A stretch of DNA of 30,023 nt from a virus (lineage: Duplodnaviria; Heunggongvirae; Uroviricota; Caudoviricetes). Positions 1 through 8,555 of this stretch are shown here, one piece after another. Where the stretch lies: the IMG/VR virus record IMGVR_UViG_2778261270_000003, one strand, 5' to 3'. Under the pieces are notes generated by a model. The model saw only the letters and a list, made by a program, of their open reading frames with translations. It had not been told where the DNA came from and did no database searches. Within the stretch, counting starts at the first letter, position 1. Every line of letters starts with the position of its first letter. The position numbers and the translations under genes are program-made.

Positions 1-19
1 CTATTTGATAAATATTAAA

Positions 20-1315
20 TTAATTTTTCATTGCTTCGTTATGGGGCATGGTTGGGGCAAACTCGCTTAACTGTGTATTTAACAAAGCTACCTGTGCATT
101 ATTGTTTTCAGACATCCATTTTCCGTATACCTGAAATACCATTTGCGCATCTGCATGGCCCATCTGGTTTGCTATAAATGCCGGGTTAGCACCAGCTGTC
201 AGCGACCAGCAGGCATAAGTATGTCTCGACTGATATGATTTTCGATGGCGGAGTCCGGCACGTTTTATCGCTGCGTCCCACATCTGCCTTATTGAGTCAA
301 CGGTAAAATGGTCACCATAATTTTTTACTCTCGCTGACACTTCAGGTTGAAAAACAAAGGTGCATTTTTGTTTTTCTGTTCTGCCATACTCTCTGAGGTG
401 AACATCAATGATATGCTCTTTGCTCAGTCTCGTTAATGTCATCTGACTCCGGAGAGCGTCGATTGCTGGCTTAATAAGATGAATGACCCGATTGGTTCCC
501 GCCTGTGTTTTTGGTACCGTGAAACGGTCTTTTGCTAAATTTCTCCTGATCATCATTGTTCCATTTTTCAGATCTATGTCCTCCCATCCAAGTGCACACA
601 GCTCACCAGGGCGAACTCCAGTATAAACAGAAACACACCATAAATTTTTTGCTTGCTGATTTCTGCACGCATCGATAAGACGGATAAATTCTTCCCGCGA
701 AAGAGGATCCGGAATGGTTCTTGATTCCTTTAATGGCGAGATCCCCTTAAACGGATTATCTGCCAGGTAACCGTTATCAACACCAAACTGGAACACGGCG
801 TTAAGATTTGTCATGTAATTATTTACAGTTACAGCCGATCTCCCTGGTTGTGTAACAATATAGTTACTTTTGGGGATCTGGTATCCAGTCAGTAACTCTT
901 TACGAACCTCCAGTAATTTTTCTTTATTAATCGATGAGGCAAGATTTTTTTCACCGATTATGCTCAGGATATTTTTGATGACGGCACGGTATGTGTTGAG
1001 TGATGTTTTGGCGACTTCAGTTTCTTTCAGTGCCAGAAATTTTTCAGCCAGTTCTTTTATGGTTAAATCTTGTCGGGCCTCACCAAATTTTTCCAGATTG
1101 CGTGAGGAGGGAAACTGTTTTGCATAGTCGAAAACACCAGTTTTTATTGCGTAACAAACAGAGGAGCGTAGTTCACCTGCAACGCGCCTGTTTTTTGCTG
1201 TGTCAGGAACCCCCAGATTTTCCCTGACTCTTACGTCTTTATAAACAAACCAGATACGTAATTTCCCTCCATGGTTTTCCACGCCTGTCGGATATTTCAT
1301 TTCAACTTCTCTCAT
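20..1315 (-). CDS. Phage tyrosine integrase (site-specific recombinase)
   Basis: 431-aa ORF at the prophage edge. C-terminal region has tyrosine-recombinase-like motifs (SRHTYACW ... HADAQMVFQVYGKW). Canonical position next to an excisionase-like gene. Alternative ATG at 1300 (MKYPTG...). Confidence 0.85.
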   Translation of the reverse strand: MREVEMKYPTGVENHGGKLRIWFVYKDVRVRENLGVPDTAKNRRVAGELRSSVCYAIKTGVFDYAKQFPSSRNLEKFGEARQDLTIKELAEKFLALKETEVAKTSLNTYRAVIKNILSIIGEKNLASSINKEKLLEVRKELLTGYQIPKSNYIVTQPGRSAVTVNNYMTNLNAVFQFGVDNGYLADNPFKGISPLKESRTIPDPLSREEFIRLIDACRNQQAKNLWCVSVYTGVRPGELCALGWEDIDLKNGTMMIRRNLAKDRFTVPKTQAGTNRVIHLIKPAIDALRSQMTLTRLSKEHIIDVHLREYGRTEKQKCTFVFQPEVSARVKNYGDHFTVDSIRQMWDAAIKRAGLRHRKSYQSRHTYACWSLTAGANPAFIANQMGHADAQMVFQVYGKWMSENNNAQVALLNTQLSEFAPTMPHNEAMKN

Positions 1316-1334
1316 TAGTTAGTGTGGCTTTTAG

Positions 1335-1586
1335 TCAAGTAAGATGACGTCTTGGTCTCGCTGATGCCTGGCGCTCAATCCAGCGATCAATTTCTTCCAG
1401 GTTGTAAAAGCATGGACTGTTATCCCATGGCATACCGTCATGAGCGACATGCTTATATTCCCTTCCTTCCATAAACGATTTTTCCCGGGCCTTTTTTAAC
1501 GTACCTTTTTTTATTCCTTTCAGCGCAATTAACTGCTCTTCGGATACCCATTTGCCGGGAGAGACAATCATGATTACTTCGCTCAT
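1335..1586 (-). CDS. Excisionase-like small DNA-binding protein
   Basis: 83-aa ORF immediately upstream of int on the same strand, basic C-terminus (RQASARPRRHLT). Assignment is by position and size; start may be an internal Met (MIVSPGK...). Confidence 0.55.
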   Translation of the reverse strand: MSEVIMIVSPGKWVSEEQLIALKGIKKGTLKKAREKSFMEGREYKHVAHDGMPWDNSPCFYNLEEIDRWIERQASARPRRHLT

Positions 1587-1658
1587 CGATTTCTTTATCT
1601 CTTACATCAGACGAGCGCCGGTTGCAGAATACCAGTCACAACCGGCGACAGTTGAACA

Positions 1659-4145
1659 TTAAGAATCAGCCTGACTCGGGATCAGTTTTTGCCAGATAAC
1701 TGAAACGTATTTTGCCTGGTAACGGGCGTCATCAAGTGCATTATGGCGCTCACCTTCGAATGGAATAGCCGTTCTGGCATCGAAGTCTATGGCTTTCCCC
1801 AGCTCAACGATTGTGCGTACATCGCGATCGTTGTAGTAACGCCACGGGCAGGGGATCCCCTGCCGTTCGTATGAACGGCGCAAAATCGTGTTGTCGAAGT
1901 TGGCTCCATTTCCCCAAACCTGAACAAAAAATTCACCGGAGTTTTCGTCGATAAATTCTCGCAATTGTAACAGTGCATCATCTAACGGGATTTCATCGGT
2001 CATAATGGCAGATTGCGCTTCGCGTGATTGCTTAAGCCACCATTTAATGGTGTCCCGATCAATGACTCCGCCAGCAGTTTCCAGATCGATAGTCTTACTA
2101 AATTCCGGTCCCATATCTCCGGTTTGCGGATCGAAAAATATTGCACCTATTGAGATGATCGGGGCATCAGGATTTTTTCCCATGGTTTCAAGGTCGATCA
2201 TTAGATGGTCACACGTCCTGCTGGTGGATGTGATTTCGTGATGACCGTTCACCTTAATTGGGTGATCTGCCGTCTCGCCAGTTTCATTATCGCTATTGTG
2301 ATGCTGATTGCCGCCAGTGTTCTCCTTGTGTGGATGTTCAGCGCCTTCCATTTCCTCCGGATCATCTTCCTGAACTTCAACCTGATACTCTTCATCGAAT
2401 GTTTCTTGGTATGTTGCGTCGCCCATCACCGCGCCACAATCAGGGCAGTTGCCGCCGCCGGTCTGACCGCAGGCGGTGCAGACTTTTTCCACTTCCTGTT
2501 GCGCTACTGGTTCAGGCTGTTTCGTTTCTGGCTCGTTTTGTAACGCATTTGGACTGTTTTGTTCCGCTTTTTGGTAGTTCCGTTCCGATTCATGCTGGTT
2601 CTGGTTCACAGAATCGCGGGTCTGGAGCCCCTTAACCCATTTCGGATCATTCGGGTCACTAATCCCTTCAACAAATTCACCACGTGATGCAGCAAGCAAC
2701 TTATCGGCGTCAGGCTGGCTGATATTGGCTGCCTGCATAATTTTGTTTACTTCGTCAGCGGTAACTTTTATCGGCTCTGGTTGTTCTGAATCTTCAGCGG
2801 TATCTACATTTTGCGGTAAGCCCGTGTATGTGCCATTTTTTCGGGCAAAATATTCTTCTTTTGTGATTTCAGTGGCGCCAGCAGCCAGTGCCTTATCCAG
2901 ACCAGAGAGTTTGTTTGCGCGACCGTATTTTTCTCCGTCCTTATCTGCGAAGAGGAAATAGAACGGCCCCTCACGCTCTACAGATGGTTCAGCTTCCGGC
3001 GCGGTTTCATTTTTTGGGATATCAGATACCTCAGTTTCCACTGCATCAGTTTGTGTTTCTGATGACTGGAGAACATCAACAGTGCCCAGGTCTGTTTCTT
3101 CATTCTCAAACACGCCCTTTGTCGTCAGGTATTCGCAGATATATTTGTTCAGTGCTACGGGATCTTTGTGAATGTCGATCGGACGCTCACGGACAAGGCC
3201 AAAAATAGTTTGGCGGTCGTAGCGAAGGGCATCAGGCTGTTTGCGCATTGATGCCGAGATACGCTTCCAGTCTTCGCGGTCGTTGTCGATAACTTCTTTT
3301 TTTGCCCAGCGATGGATGCTGCCGTCAATGTTTCCGGCATCCACATCACTAGGCCAGAGAGCGTAGGCCAGTTCGTCATCCAGTGTTTTCCATGTCTGCT
3401 TGTATTCGCGATGAATGGCAGCAATGACCGGGCTGATTTTTCCTGTTGAATTTTCAGTGTACTGTTGATTGGCTCTGGCGCGGGCGAGATCAACAACAGA
3501 CGTGTATTTTCCGGTTTCCTTGCGTTCACCTTCGCGACGTTTTTTCCAGATGCGCATCTCTGCCTGAATTTCGGGCCATTTAGCACCAGGAATACATTTA
3601 TGCTTAACCCACCCAATGGCGTGCAACTTAAGCTCCGGATACATGGCGTTAACTTCTGGCATTTTCATCAACGCTTCAACGATATGTCCGTCGAATGTTG
3701 CCATGTCTTCCTGCAACAATTCCTGTGCGCTAATAACCATATCAACGGTGATGTTTTCACATGTGTCGAACTTAACCATGACAGCGTTCTGTACTTCAGG
3801 GGCCAGCTTGTCAAAAGTGACGTTCATCGGATCGGATTCAGTCTCAACCGGGACAAAAGAAGCAGACTCCTCATCCCAGCGGTTTTCCTGCATATATTCA
3901 GCATCCCATGAATCGAGGGCAGGGCGGGGTATGCCAGGTTTATCCTCGCAGACAATAAATTTATAAGCGCAGTCCTGAGCAGCCGGATAATGTTCCAGGA
4001 ATTGCCAGTGAAATTTTGCTCGAGCACGGCGTTCGTCGCCAGCTTCAATGGCTGTGGCTACAGCCACAGCGCCTTCTTCCCTTGTTGCCAGTTCGTCAGG
4101 AATAGCGGCGCAAATAAAGACTTTACTCATTTGTTTTAACCTCAT
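1659..4145 (-). CDS. Large prophage exonuclease with C-terminal DnaQ-like DEDDh 3'-5' exonuclease domain; central zinc ribbon and acidic linker
   Basis: 828-aa ORF. C-terminal Exo I (MIDLETMG), Exo II (NGANFDNTIL) and Exo III (HNALDDARYQAKY) motifs. Zinc-ribbon-like CTACGQTGGGNCPDCG and long acidic low-complexity segments. Probable start at ATG 4130 (MSKVF..., GAGG 9 nt upstream) rather than 4145. Confidence 0.8.
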   Translation of the reverse strand: MRLKQMSKVFICAAIPDELATREEGAVAVATAIEAGDERRARAKFHWQFLEHYPAAQDCAYKFIVCEDKPGIPRPALDSWDAEYMQENRWDEESASFVPVETESDPMNVTFDKLAPEVQNAVMVKFDTCENITVDMVISAQELLQEDMATFDGHIVEALMKMPEVNAMYPELKLHAIGWVKHKCIPGAKWPEIQAEMRIWKKRREGERKETGKYTSVVDLARARANQQYTENSTGKISPVIAAIHREYKQTWKTLDDELAYALWPSDVDAGNIDGSIHRWAKKEVIDNDREDWKRISASMRKQPDALRYDRQTIFGLVRERPIDIHKDPVALNKYICEYLTTKGVFENEETDLGTVDVLQSSETQTDAVETEVSDIPKNETAPEAEPSVEREGPFYFLFADKDGEKYGRANKLSGLDKALAAGATEITKEEYFARKNGTYTGLPQNVDTAEDSEQPEPIKVTADEVNKIMQAANISQPDADKLLAASRGEFVEGISDPNDPKWVKGLQTRDSVNQNQHESERNYQKAEQNSPNALQNEPETKQPEPVAQQEVEKVCTACGQTGGGNCPDCGAVMGDATYQETFDEEYQVEVQEDDPEEMEGAEHPHKENTGGNQHHNSDNETGETADHPIKVNGHHEITSTSRTCDHLMIDLETMGKNPDAPIISIGAIFFDPQTGDMGPEFSKTIDLETAGGVIDRDTIKWWLKQSREAQSAIMTDEIPLDDALLQLREFIDENSGEFFVQVWGNGANFDNTILRRSYERQGIPCPWRYYNDRDVRTIVELGKAIDFDARTAIPFEGERHNALDDARYQAKYVSVIWQKLIPSQADS

Positions 4146-4623
4146 CTATAACAACCGGTTCGCTACGTCGCCTCGTACTACTGATAATGCTCATCTTGAT
4201 GTGCACCATTCTGAAGAGGAACTGGGTTATATCTTCAGCCTACAGGCGAAGCGCGTTCTGTCTAAAAATCTCACTTTCCAGTACAAAAGCAGTGCGTTTC
4301 AGGTACGCAGTGAGGGCCGGGGATATCGACTTAGGCATTCGGTTGTTACTGTATGCGAGAACTTTGACGGTGAAATTAACGTTCTGTATGACGGGAAAGC
4401 GCTGGGCTGGGAAAAGTATGTTGATGGCCCGGAGCCTATACCACTGGATGATGAAAAGAGTGTCCATGAACGAGTGGATAATGCCCGTATTGATTTACGC
4501 TCAAAATACTATGTTAAACCTAAAGCTGACCATCCCTGGCTTACGCGCCGAACGCAAAGTCATCAGCAAGTTAAGCCCCCGAAGTTACCTAAAAAGAAGC
4601 CTGATCCCGATAAAAAAGATTGA
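4048..4623 (+). other. Orphan ORF / possible gene remnant at the exo-flxA junction (identity unknown)
   Basis: 191-aa ORF whose ATG lies antisense inside the exonuclease 5' end; no internal Met; Lys/Pro-rich tail (KPPKLPKKKPDPDKKD). Sits where the immunity region would be expected. I could not place it in a family from the sequence. Confidence 0.25.
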
Positions 4624-5018
4624 AACCAAGATCGATTCGGTTGAGTGCATATCCATTCATAGGGTAGATTCTTAAGTCGCGTTTCTGGTGTTCATTTTCG
4701 GGTGGTTTGTTACTTGTTTTACCGGGGATATGCCAGAAACGCGCTGAGTCAGTCTGGGCGGTGCGCGTAATGAGGCGTTATGGTAAATAGCCTATGCTAA
4801 TGTCCGCTAAGAGCAAGAAGCGGAAGTTGGCAGTTTTGTGGACTGTCCCCACAAAAGTGACTACAGAAATAGTTGCAATTCATAATTGATCATGGGTTGT
4901 CAGTTAAACTCGTGGCGATTTAAATAGACTAATTGGGAGTGCGTCCATTACTTATATCTTGTAATGTTAACTATCAGAAATGATACAAAGATAATATGTC
5001 TTTAAAGAAAAGGCTGAT

Positions 5019-5045
5019 GGCGAAAAGTGGCCCGATGAGGGCCAC
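5019..5045 (-). terminator. Rho-independent terminator downstream of flxA
   Basis: Perfect 7-bp GC-rich stem GTGGCCC/GGGCCAC with 5-nt loop (5027-5045), followed on the minus strand by a TTTT run; lies just past the flxA stop. Confidence 0.5.
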
Positions 5046-5059
5046 AATACGGCTGTCAC

Positions 5060-5392
5060 TTAGACGTAAATATCAATGGTGCCAGCGGTATTTGTATCGT
5101 CTTTTTTCTCTTCTTTTTTATCAGGCTGAACTGTCGCGTCTTCATTCTTTTTCTCTGCCTGCTGCCTTAACAACTGCTCCAGTTGAGCCCAGAGGCTTTC
5201 AATTTGCTTCTGTACCAATGCAGCCATTTCTTTTTTCTGCTGTGTCGTCATCCCCTCTTCCGATGAGATTTTCCCAAGCTTTTCAGTCAGCACCTGAATT
5301 TGTCTTGTGATTTTGGCTATTTCTGATGTTCCTTCCGGGGCGGAGTTGTTTGAAATAACGGTTGAGGTATTTCCCTGAATTGTGACAGACAT
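5060..5392 (-). CDS. flxA: FlxA (FliA-regulated prophage protein)
   Basis: 110-aa product MSVTIQGNTSTVISNN... matches my recollection of E. coli Qin-prophage FlxA essentially throughout; a sigma-28 promoter lies immediately upstream. Confidence 0.9.
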   Translation of the reverse strand: MSVTIQGNTSTVISNNSAPEGTSEIAKITRQIQVLTEKLGKISSEEGMTTQQKKEMAALVQKQIESLWAQLEQLLRQQAEKKNEDATVQPDKKEEKKDDTNTAGTIDIYV

Positions 5393-5415
5393 AGATTTCT
5401 CCTTTTAAAAAAGCA

Positions 5416-5442
5416 CTATCGGCATGCACAAAAAAATCTTTA
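5416..5442 (-). promoter_or_regulatory. Sigma-28 (FliA) class 3 flagellar-type promoter for flxA
   Basis: Minus strand reads TAAAGATT-N11-GCCGATAG against the consensus TAAAGTTT-N11-GCCGATAA, about 25 nt upstream of the flxA ATG. Confidence 0.75.
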
Positions 5443-5594
5443 ATCGTATTTCTTGTGTCATTAATTGTTTGATGTTCAGATTGTTTTCCTCGCGGGCTGG
5501 CGCGCCTCAGAAAGTAAAGCTTGTTGACAGGGGTAAACGTTCGGCAATAATTTTCTGCCGCATGCGGGTGTTGCATAAAACGTGTTACGTTCCT

Positions 5595-5900
5595 TTATCG
5601 ACAGGTCAGGTCACCGCTCACCCGCCGACGAGAAAGCAACACTGACATGCTAAAGCAAAAAATAGATGAATAAGTTGAGTTGTGCATATGTAGCCTGACC
5701 GTCACAAAGTATATGGTGTCTGTACCAGTAAGATGATGGCCGGACTCTTTAAAAACGAGCTGACCTGCACAATACAGGATGGACTTAGCAATGGCTGCTC
5801 CTGGCACAAAGCGGACAGTGATCACCGTTCTTACGACTACTTTCTGACTTCCTTCGTGACTTGCCCTAAGCATGTTGTAGTGCGATACTTGTAATGACAT
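5595..5900 (-). CDS. Hypothetical protein (ydfV-like position and length)
   Basis: 101-aa ORF between flxA and relB, the slot and length I recall for Qin YdfV. Low-complexity product, overlaps the relB promoter region, no convincing RBS checked. Confidence 0.3.
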   Translation of the reverse strand: MSLQVSHYNMLRASHEGSQKVVVRTVITVRFVPGAAIAKSILYCAGQLVFKESGHHLTGTDTIYFVTVRLHMHNSTYSSIFCFSMSVLLSRRRVSGDLTCR

Positions 5901-5924
5901 TTGTAATTACAAGAGGTGTAAGAC
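5860..5924 (+). promoter_or_regulatory. relBE promoter/operator region
   Basis: Palindromic TTGTAAT/ATTACAA repeats (CTTGTAATGACATTTGTAATTACAAG, about 5889-5913) directly upstream of a GAGGTG Shine-Dalgarno and the relB ATG; typical RelB operator architecture. Confidence 0.6.
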
Positions 5925-6164
5925 ATGGGTAGCATTAACCTGCGTATTGACGATGAACTTAAAGCGCGTTCTTACGCCGCGCTTGAAAAAATGGGTGTAA
6001 CTCCTTCTGAAGCGCTTCGTCTCATGCTCGAGTATATCGCTGACAATGAACGCTTGCCGTTCAAACAGACACTCCTGAGTGATGAAGATGCTGAACTTGT
6101 GGAGATAGTGAAAGAACGGCTTCGTAATCCTAAGCCAGTACGTGTGACGCTGGATGAACTCTGA
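5925..6164 (+). CDS. relB: RelB antitoxin
   Basis: 79-aa product MGSINLRIDDELKARSYA...VRVTLDEL matches recalled E. coli RelB; overlaps relE by ATGA. Confidence 0.95.
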   Translation: MGSINLRIDDELKARSYAALEKMGVTPSEALRLMLEYIADNERLPFKQTLLSDEDAELVEIVKERLRNPKPVRVTLDEL

Positions 6165-6451
6165 TGGCGTATTTTCTGGATTTTGACGAGCGGGCACTAA
6201 AGGAATGGCGAAAGCTGGGCTCGACGGTACGTGAACAGTTGAAAAAGAAGCTGGTTGAAGTACTTGAGTCACCCCGGATTGAAGCAAACAAGCTCCGTGG
6301 TATGCCTGATTGTTACAAGATTAAGCTCCGGTCTTCAGGCTATCGCCTTGTATACCAGGTTATAGACGAGAAAGTTGTCGTTTTCGTGATTTCTGTTGGG
6401 AAAAGAGAACGCTCGGAAGTATATAGCGAGGCGGTCAAACGCATTCTCTGA
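6164..6451 (+). CDS. relE: RelE mRNA interferase toxin
   Basis: 95-aa product MAYFLDFDERALKEWRKLGSTVREQLKKKL... matches recalled RelE; translationally coupled to relB. Confidence 0.95.
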   Translation: MAYFLDFDERALKEWRKLGSTVREQLKKKLVEVLESPRIEANKLRGMPDCYKIKLRSSGYRLVYQVIDEKVVVFVISVGKRERSEVYSEAVKRIL

Positions 6452-6522
6452 ACCAAAGCATGACATCTCTGTTTCGCACCGAAGGTGACACTTCTGCTTT
6501 GCGTTGACAGGAGAAGCAGGCT

Positions 6523-6678
6523 ATGAAGCAGCAAAAGGCGATGTTAATCGCCCTGATCGTCATCTGTTTAACCGTCATAGTGACGGCACTGGTAACGAGG
6601 AAAGACCTCTGCGAGGTACGAATCCGAACCGGCCAGACGGAGGTCGCTGTCTTCACAGCTTACGAACCTGAGGAGTAA
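6523..6678 (+). CDS. hokD: Hok-family membrane toxin (HokD/RelF)
   Basis: Not in the ORF track (<60 aa). 51-aa ORF MKQQKAMLIALIVICLTVIVTALVTRKDLCEVRIRTGQTEVAVFTAYEPEE with N-terminal transmembrane helix and the Hok signature; third gene of the relBEF arrangement. Confidence 0.85.
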   Translation: MKQQKAMLIALIVICLTVIVTALVTRKDLCEVRIRTGQTEVAVFTAYEPEE

Positions 6679-6746
6679 GAGACCCGGCGGGGGAGAAATC
6701 CCTCGCCACCTCTGATGTGGCAGGCATCCTCAACGCACCCGCACTT

Positions 6747-6775
6747 AACCCGCTTCGGCGGGTTTTTGTTTTTAT
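6747..6775 (+). terminator. Rho-independent terminator after hokD
   Basis: AACCCGC-TTCG-GCGGGTT hairpin followed by TTTTTGTTTTT. Confidence 0.6.
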
Positions 6776-6894
6776 TTTCAACGCGTTTGAAGTTCTGGAC
6801 GGTGCCGGAATAGAATCAAAAATACTTAAGTAGCGCGCAGGGATAAGAGGGATGGTCCCTTAAAGGGGAGAGCTAATTATCCGGAAGGATTCTG

Positions 6895-7146
6895 ATGATG
6901 AACATCGAAGAACTGCGTAAAATTTTTTGTGAAGATGGCCTCTATGCTGTGTGCGTTGAAAATGGAAATCTTGTTAGTCATTACCGCATTATGTGTTTGC
7001 GAAAGAATGGGGCTGCGTTAATTAATTTTGTGGATGCTCGGGTCACGGACGGATTTATCTTGCGCGAAGGTGAGTTTGTCACTTCATTACAGGCATTGAA
7101 AGAGATCGGAATAAAAGCTGGCTTTTCTGCTTTTTCAGGAGAATAA
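6895..7146 (+). CDS. rem: Rem-like small prophage protein
   Basis: 83-aa ORF MMNIEELRKIFCEDGLYAVCVENGNLVSHYR...; matches my recollection of Qin Rem in size and sequence; GGAAGG RBS upstream. Confidence 0.75.
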   Translation: MMNIEELRKIFCEDGLYAVCVENGNLVSHYRIMCLRKNGAALINFVDARVTDGFILREGEFVTSLQALKEIGIKAGFSAFSGE

Positions 7147-7212
7147 ACTCATCTACAATCTTGCGCGGGGCTGAACTCCCGCTGAGTAACACCGTGCCAC
7201 CGGAGAAAACCG

Positions 7213-7491
7213 ATGGCACGCAACGCAAAATATTACAATTCTGATAATTCGCCCGTTCTTGCCTGCACGCACGGGCGGTATTCTCACGCATTCAAGTCTG
7301 AATGGTTCCAGCACCCTCCATGCACTGCAGAACAGGCCGAATGGCTGATTCATTCTTACCGCAGGCGCGGGTTCGAGGTTAAGAAAGCTCTCAGTCTCGA
7401 CTATCGGCACTGGATAATCTCTGTCAGGCTGCCTTATTCCGAACGCCCACCACGTGCGTCCCGCACTTTCCAGCAACGGATCTGGAGGTAA
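7213..7491 (+). CDS. Hypothetical protein, translationally coupled to the downstream DUF968 gene
   Basis: 92-aa ORF with ATG start and GGAGAA RBS; its stop codon sits inside the GGAGG Shine-Dalgarno of the next gene (stop 7489-7491, next start 7493). No family recognised. Confidence 0.35.
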   Translation: MARNAKYYNSDNSPVLACTHGRYSHAFKSEWFQHPPCTAEQAEWLIHSYRRRGFEVKKALSLDYRHWIISVRLPYSERPPRASRTFQQRIWR

Positions 7492-7492
7492 C

Positions 7493-8542
7493 GTGCGGGT
7501 ATTACTTAGACCTGTTCTGGTGCCTGAGCTTGGGCTGGTGGTCCTTAAGCCGGGCCGTGAATCCATACAGATATTTCATAATCCTCGAGTGCTGGTGGAA
7601 CCGGAACCAAAAAGCATGCGTAATCTGCCATCCGGAGTCGTTCCTGCCGTTCGCCAGCCGCTGGCGGAAGACAAAACATTGCTGCCGTTTTTTAGTAACG
7701 AACGGGTGATTCGTGCTGCTGGCGGCGTTGGCGCATTGTCCGACTGGCTATTACGTCATGTTACATCCTGCCAGTGGCCTAATGGCGATTACCATCACAC
7801 TGAAACAGTCATTCACCGTTATGGTACCGGCGCAATGGTGTTGTGCTGGCACTGCGACAACCAACTGCGTGACCAGACATCGGAATCACTGGAGCTGCTT
7901 GCTCAACAAAATCTGACAGCATGGGTGATTGACGTCATCCGTCACGCAATAAGCGGTACGCAGGAGCGGGAATTATCTTTGGCTGAATTATCCTGGTGGG
8001 CGGTCTGCAATCAGGTGGTGGATGCACTACCTGAGGCTGTATCGCGTCGTTCGCTGGGATTACCAGCGGAAAAAATCTGCTCGGTGTACCGCGAAAGCGA
8101 CATCGTACCGGGAGAGCAGACCGCCACCAGCATATTGAAACAACGCACAAAAAATCTTGCACCGTTGCCTTACGCCCACCAGCAACAAAAATCACCACAG
8201 GAAAAGACGGTGGTAAGCATCACCGTTGATCCAGAGTCTCCGGAATCTTTCATGAAGCTGCCTAAACGTCGCCGCTGGGTTAAGGAGAAATACACACGTT
8301 GGGTTAAGACACAGCCGTGTGCTTGCTGCGGTATGCCAGCCGACGATCCGCATCATCTGATTGGTCACGGGCAGGGCGGAATGGGAACAAAAGCACATGA
8401 TCTCTTTGTGTTGCCTTTGTGCAGAAAGCATCACAACGAGCTGCATACGGATACAGTGGCATTTGAAGATAAGTATGGCTCCCAACTGGAGCTGATATTT
8501 CGTTTTATCGATCGCGCGCTGGCAATTGGCGTACTGGCGTAA
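7493..8542 (+). CDS. ydfU: YdfU-like DUF968 protein with C-terminal HNH-type zinc-binding nuclease motif
   Basis: 349 aa from GTG 7493 (GGAGG RBS); the track ORF begins at an upstream in-frame GTG 7454. C-terminus CACCGMPADDPHHLIGH...LPLCRKHHNELH is an HNH-like signature. Position between rem and Q as in Qin. Confidence 0.8.
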   Translation: MRVLLRPVLVPELGLVVLKPGRESIQIFHNPRVLVEPEPKSMRNLPSGVVPAVRQPLAEDKTLLPFFSNERVIRAAGGVGALSDWLLRHVTSCQWPNGDYHHTETVIHRYGTGAMVLCWHCDNQLRDQTSESLELLAQQNLTAWVIDVIRHAISGTQERELSLAELSWWAVCNQVVDALPEAVSRRSLGLPAEKICSVYRESDIVPGEQTATSILKQRTKNLAPLPYAHQQQKSPQEKTVVSITVDPESPESFMKLPKRRRWVKEKYTRWVKTQPCACCGMPADDPHHLIGHGQGGMGTKAHDLFVLPLCRKHHNELHTDTVAFEDKYGSQLELIFRFIDRALAIGVLA

Positions 8543-8555
8543 GTGGAGAACGAGC

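Noticed and set aside
1787-3966. Multiple plus- and minus-strand ORFs (64-153 aa) nested inside the exonuclease gene
   Set aside because: All overlap the long exonuclease frame; none has a convincing start context or recognisable motif.
5283-5576. 97-aa minus-strand ORF spanning the flxA start and promoter
   Set aside because: Overlaps the flxA 5' end and sigma-28 promoter in another frame; most likely a chance open frame.
7153-7566. 137-aa minus-strand ORF between rem and ydfU
   Set aside because: Antisense to the 92-aa ORF and ydfU start; Arg/Pro-rich low-complexity product.
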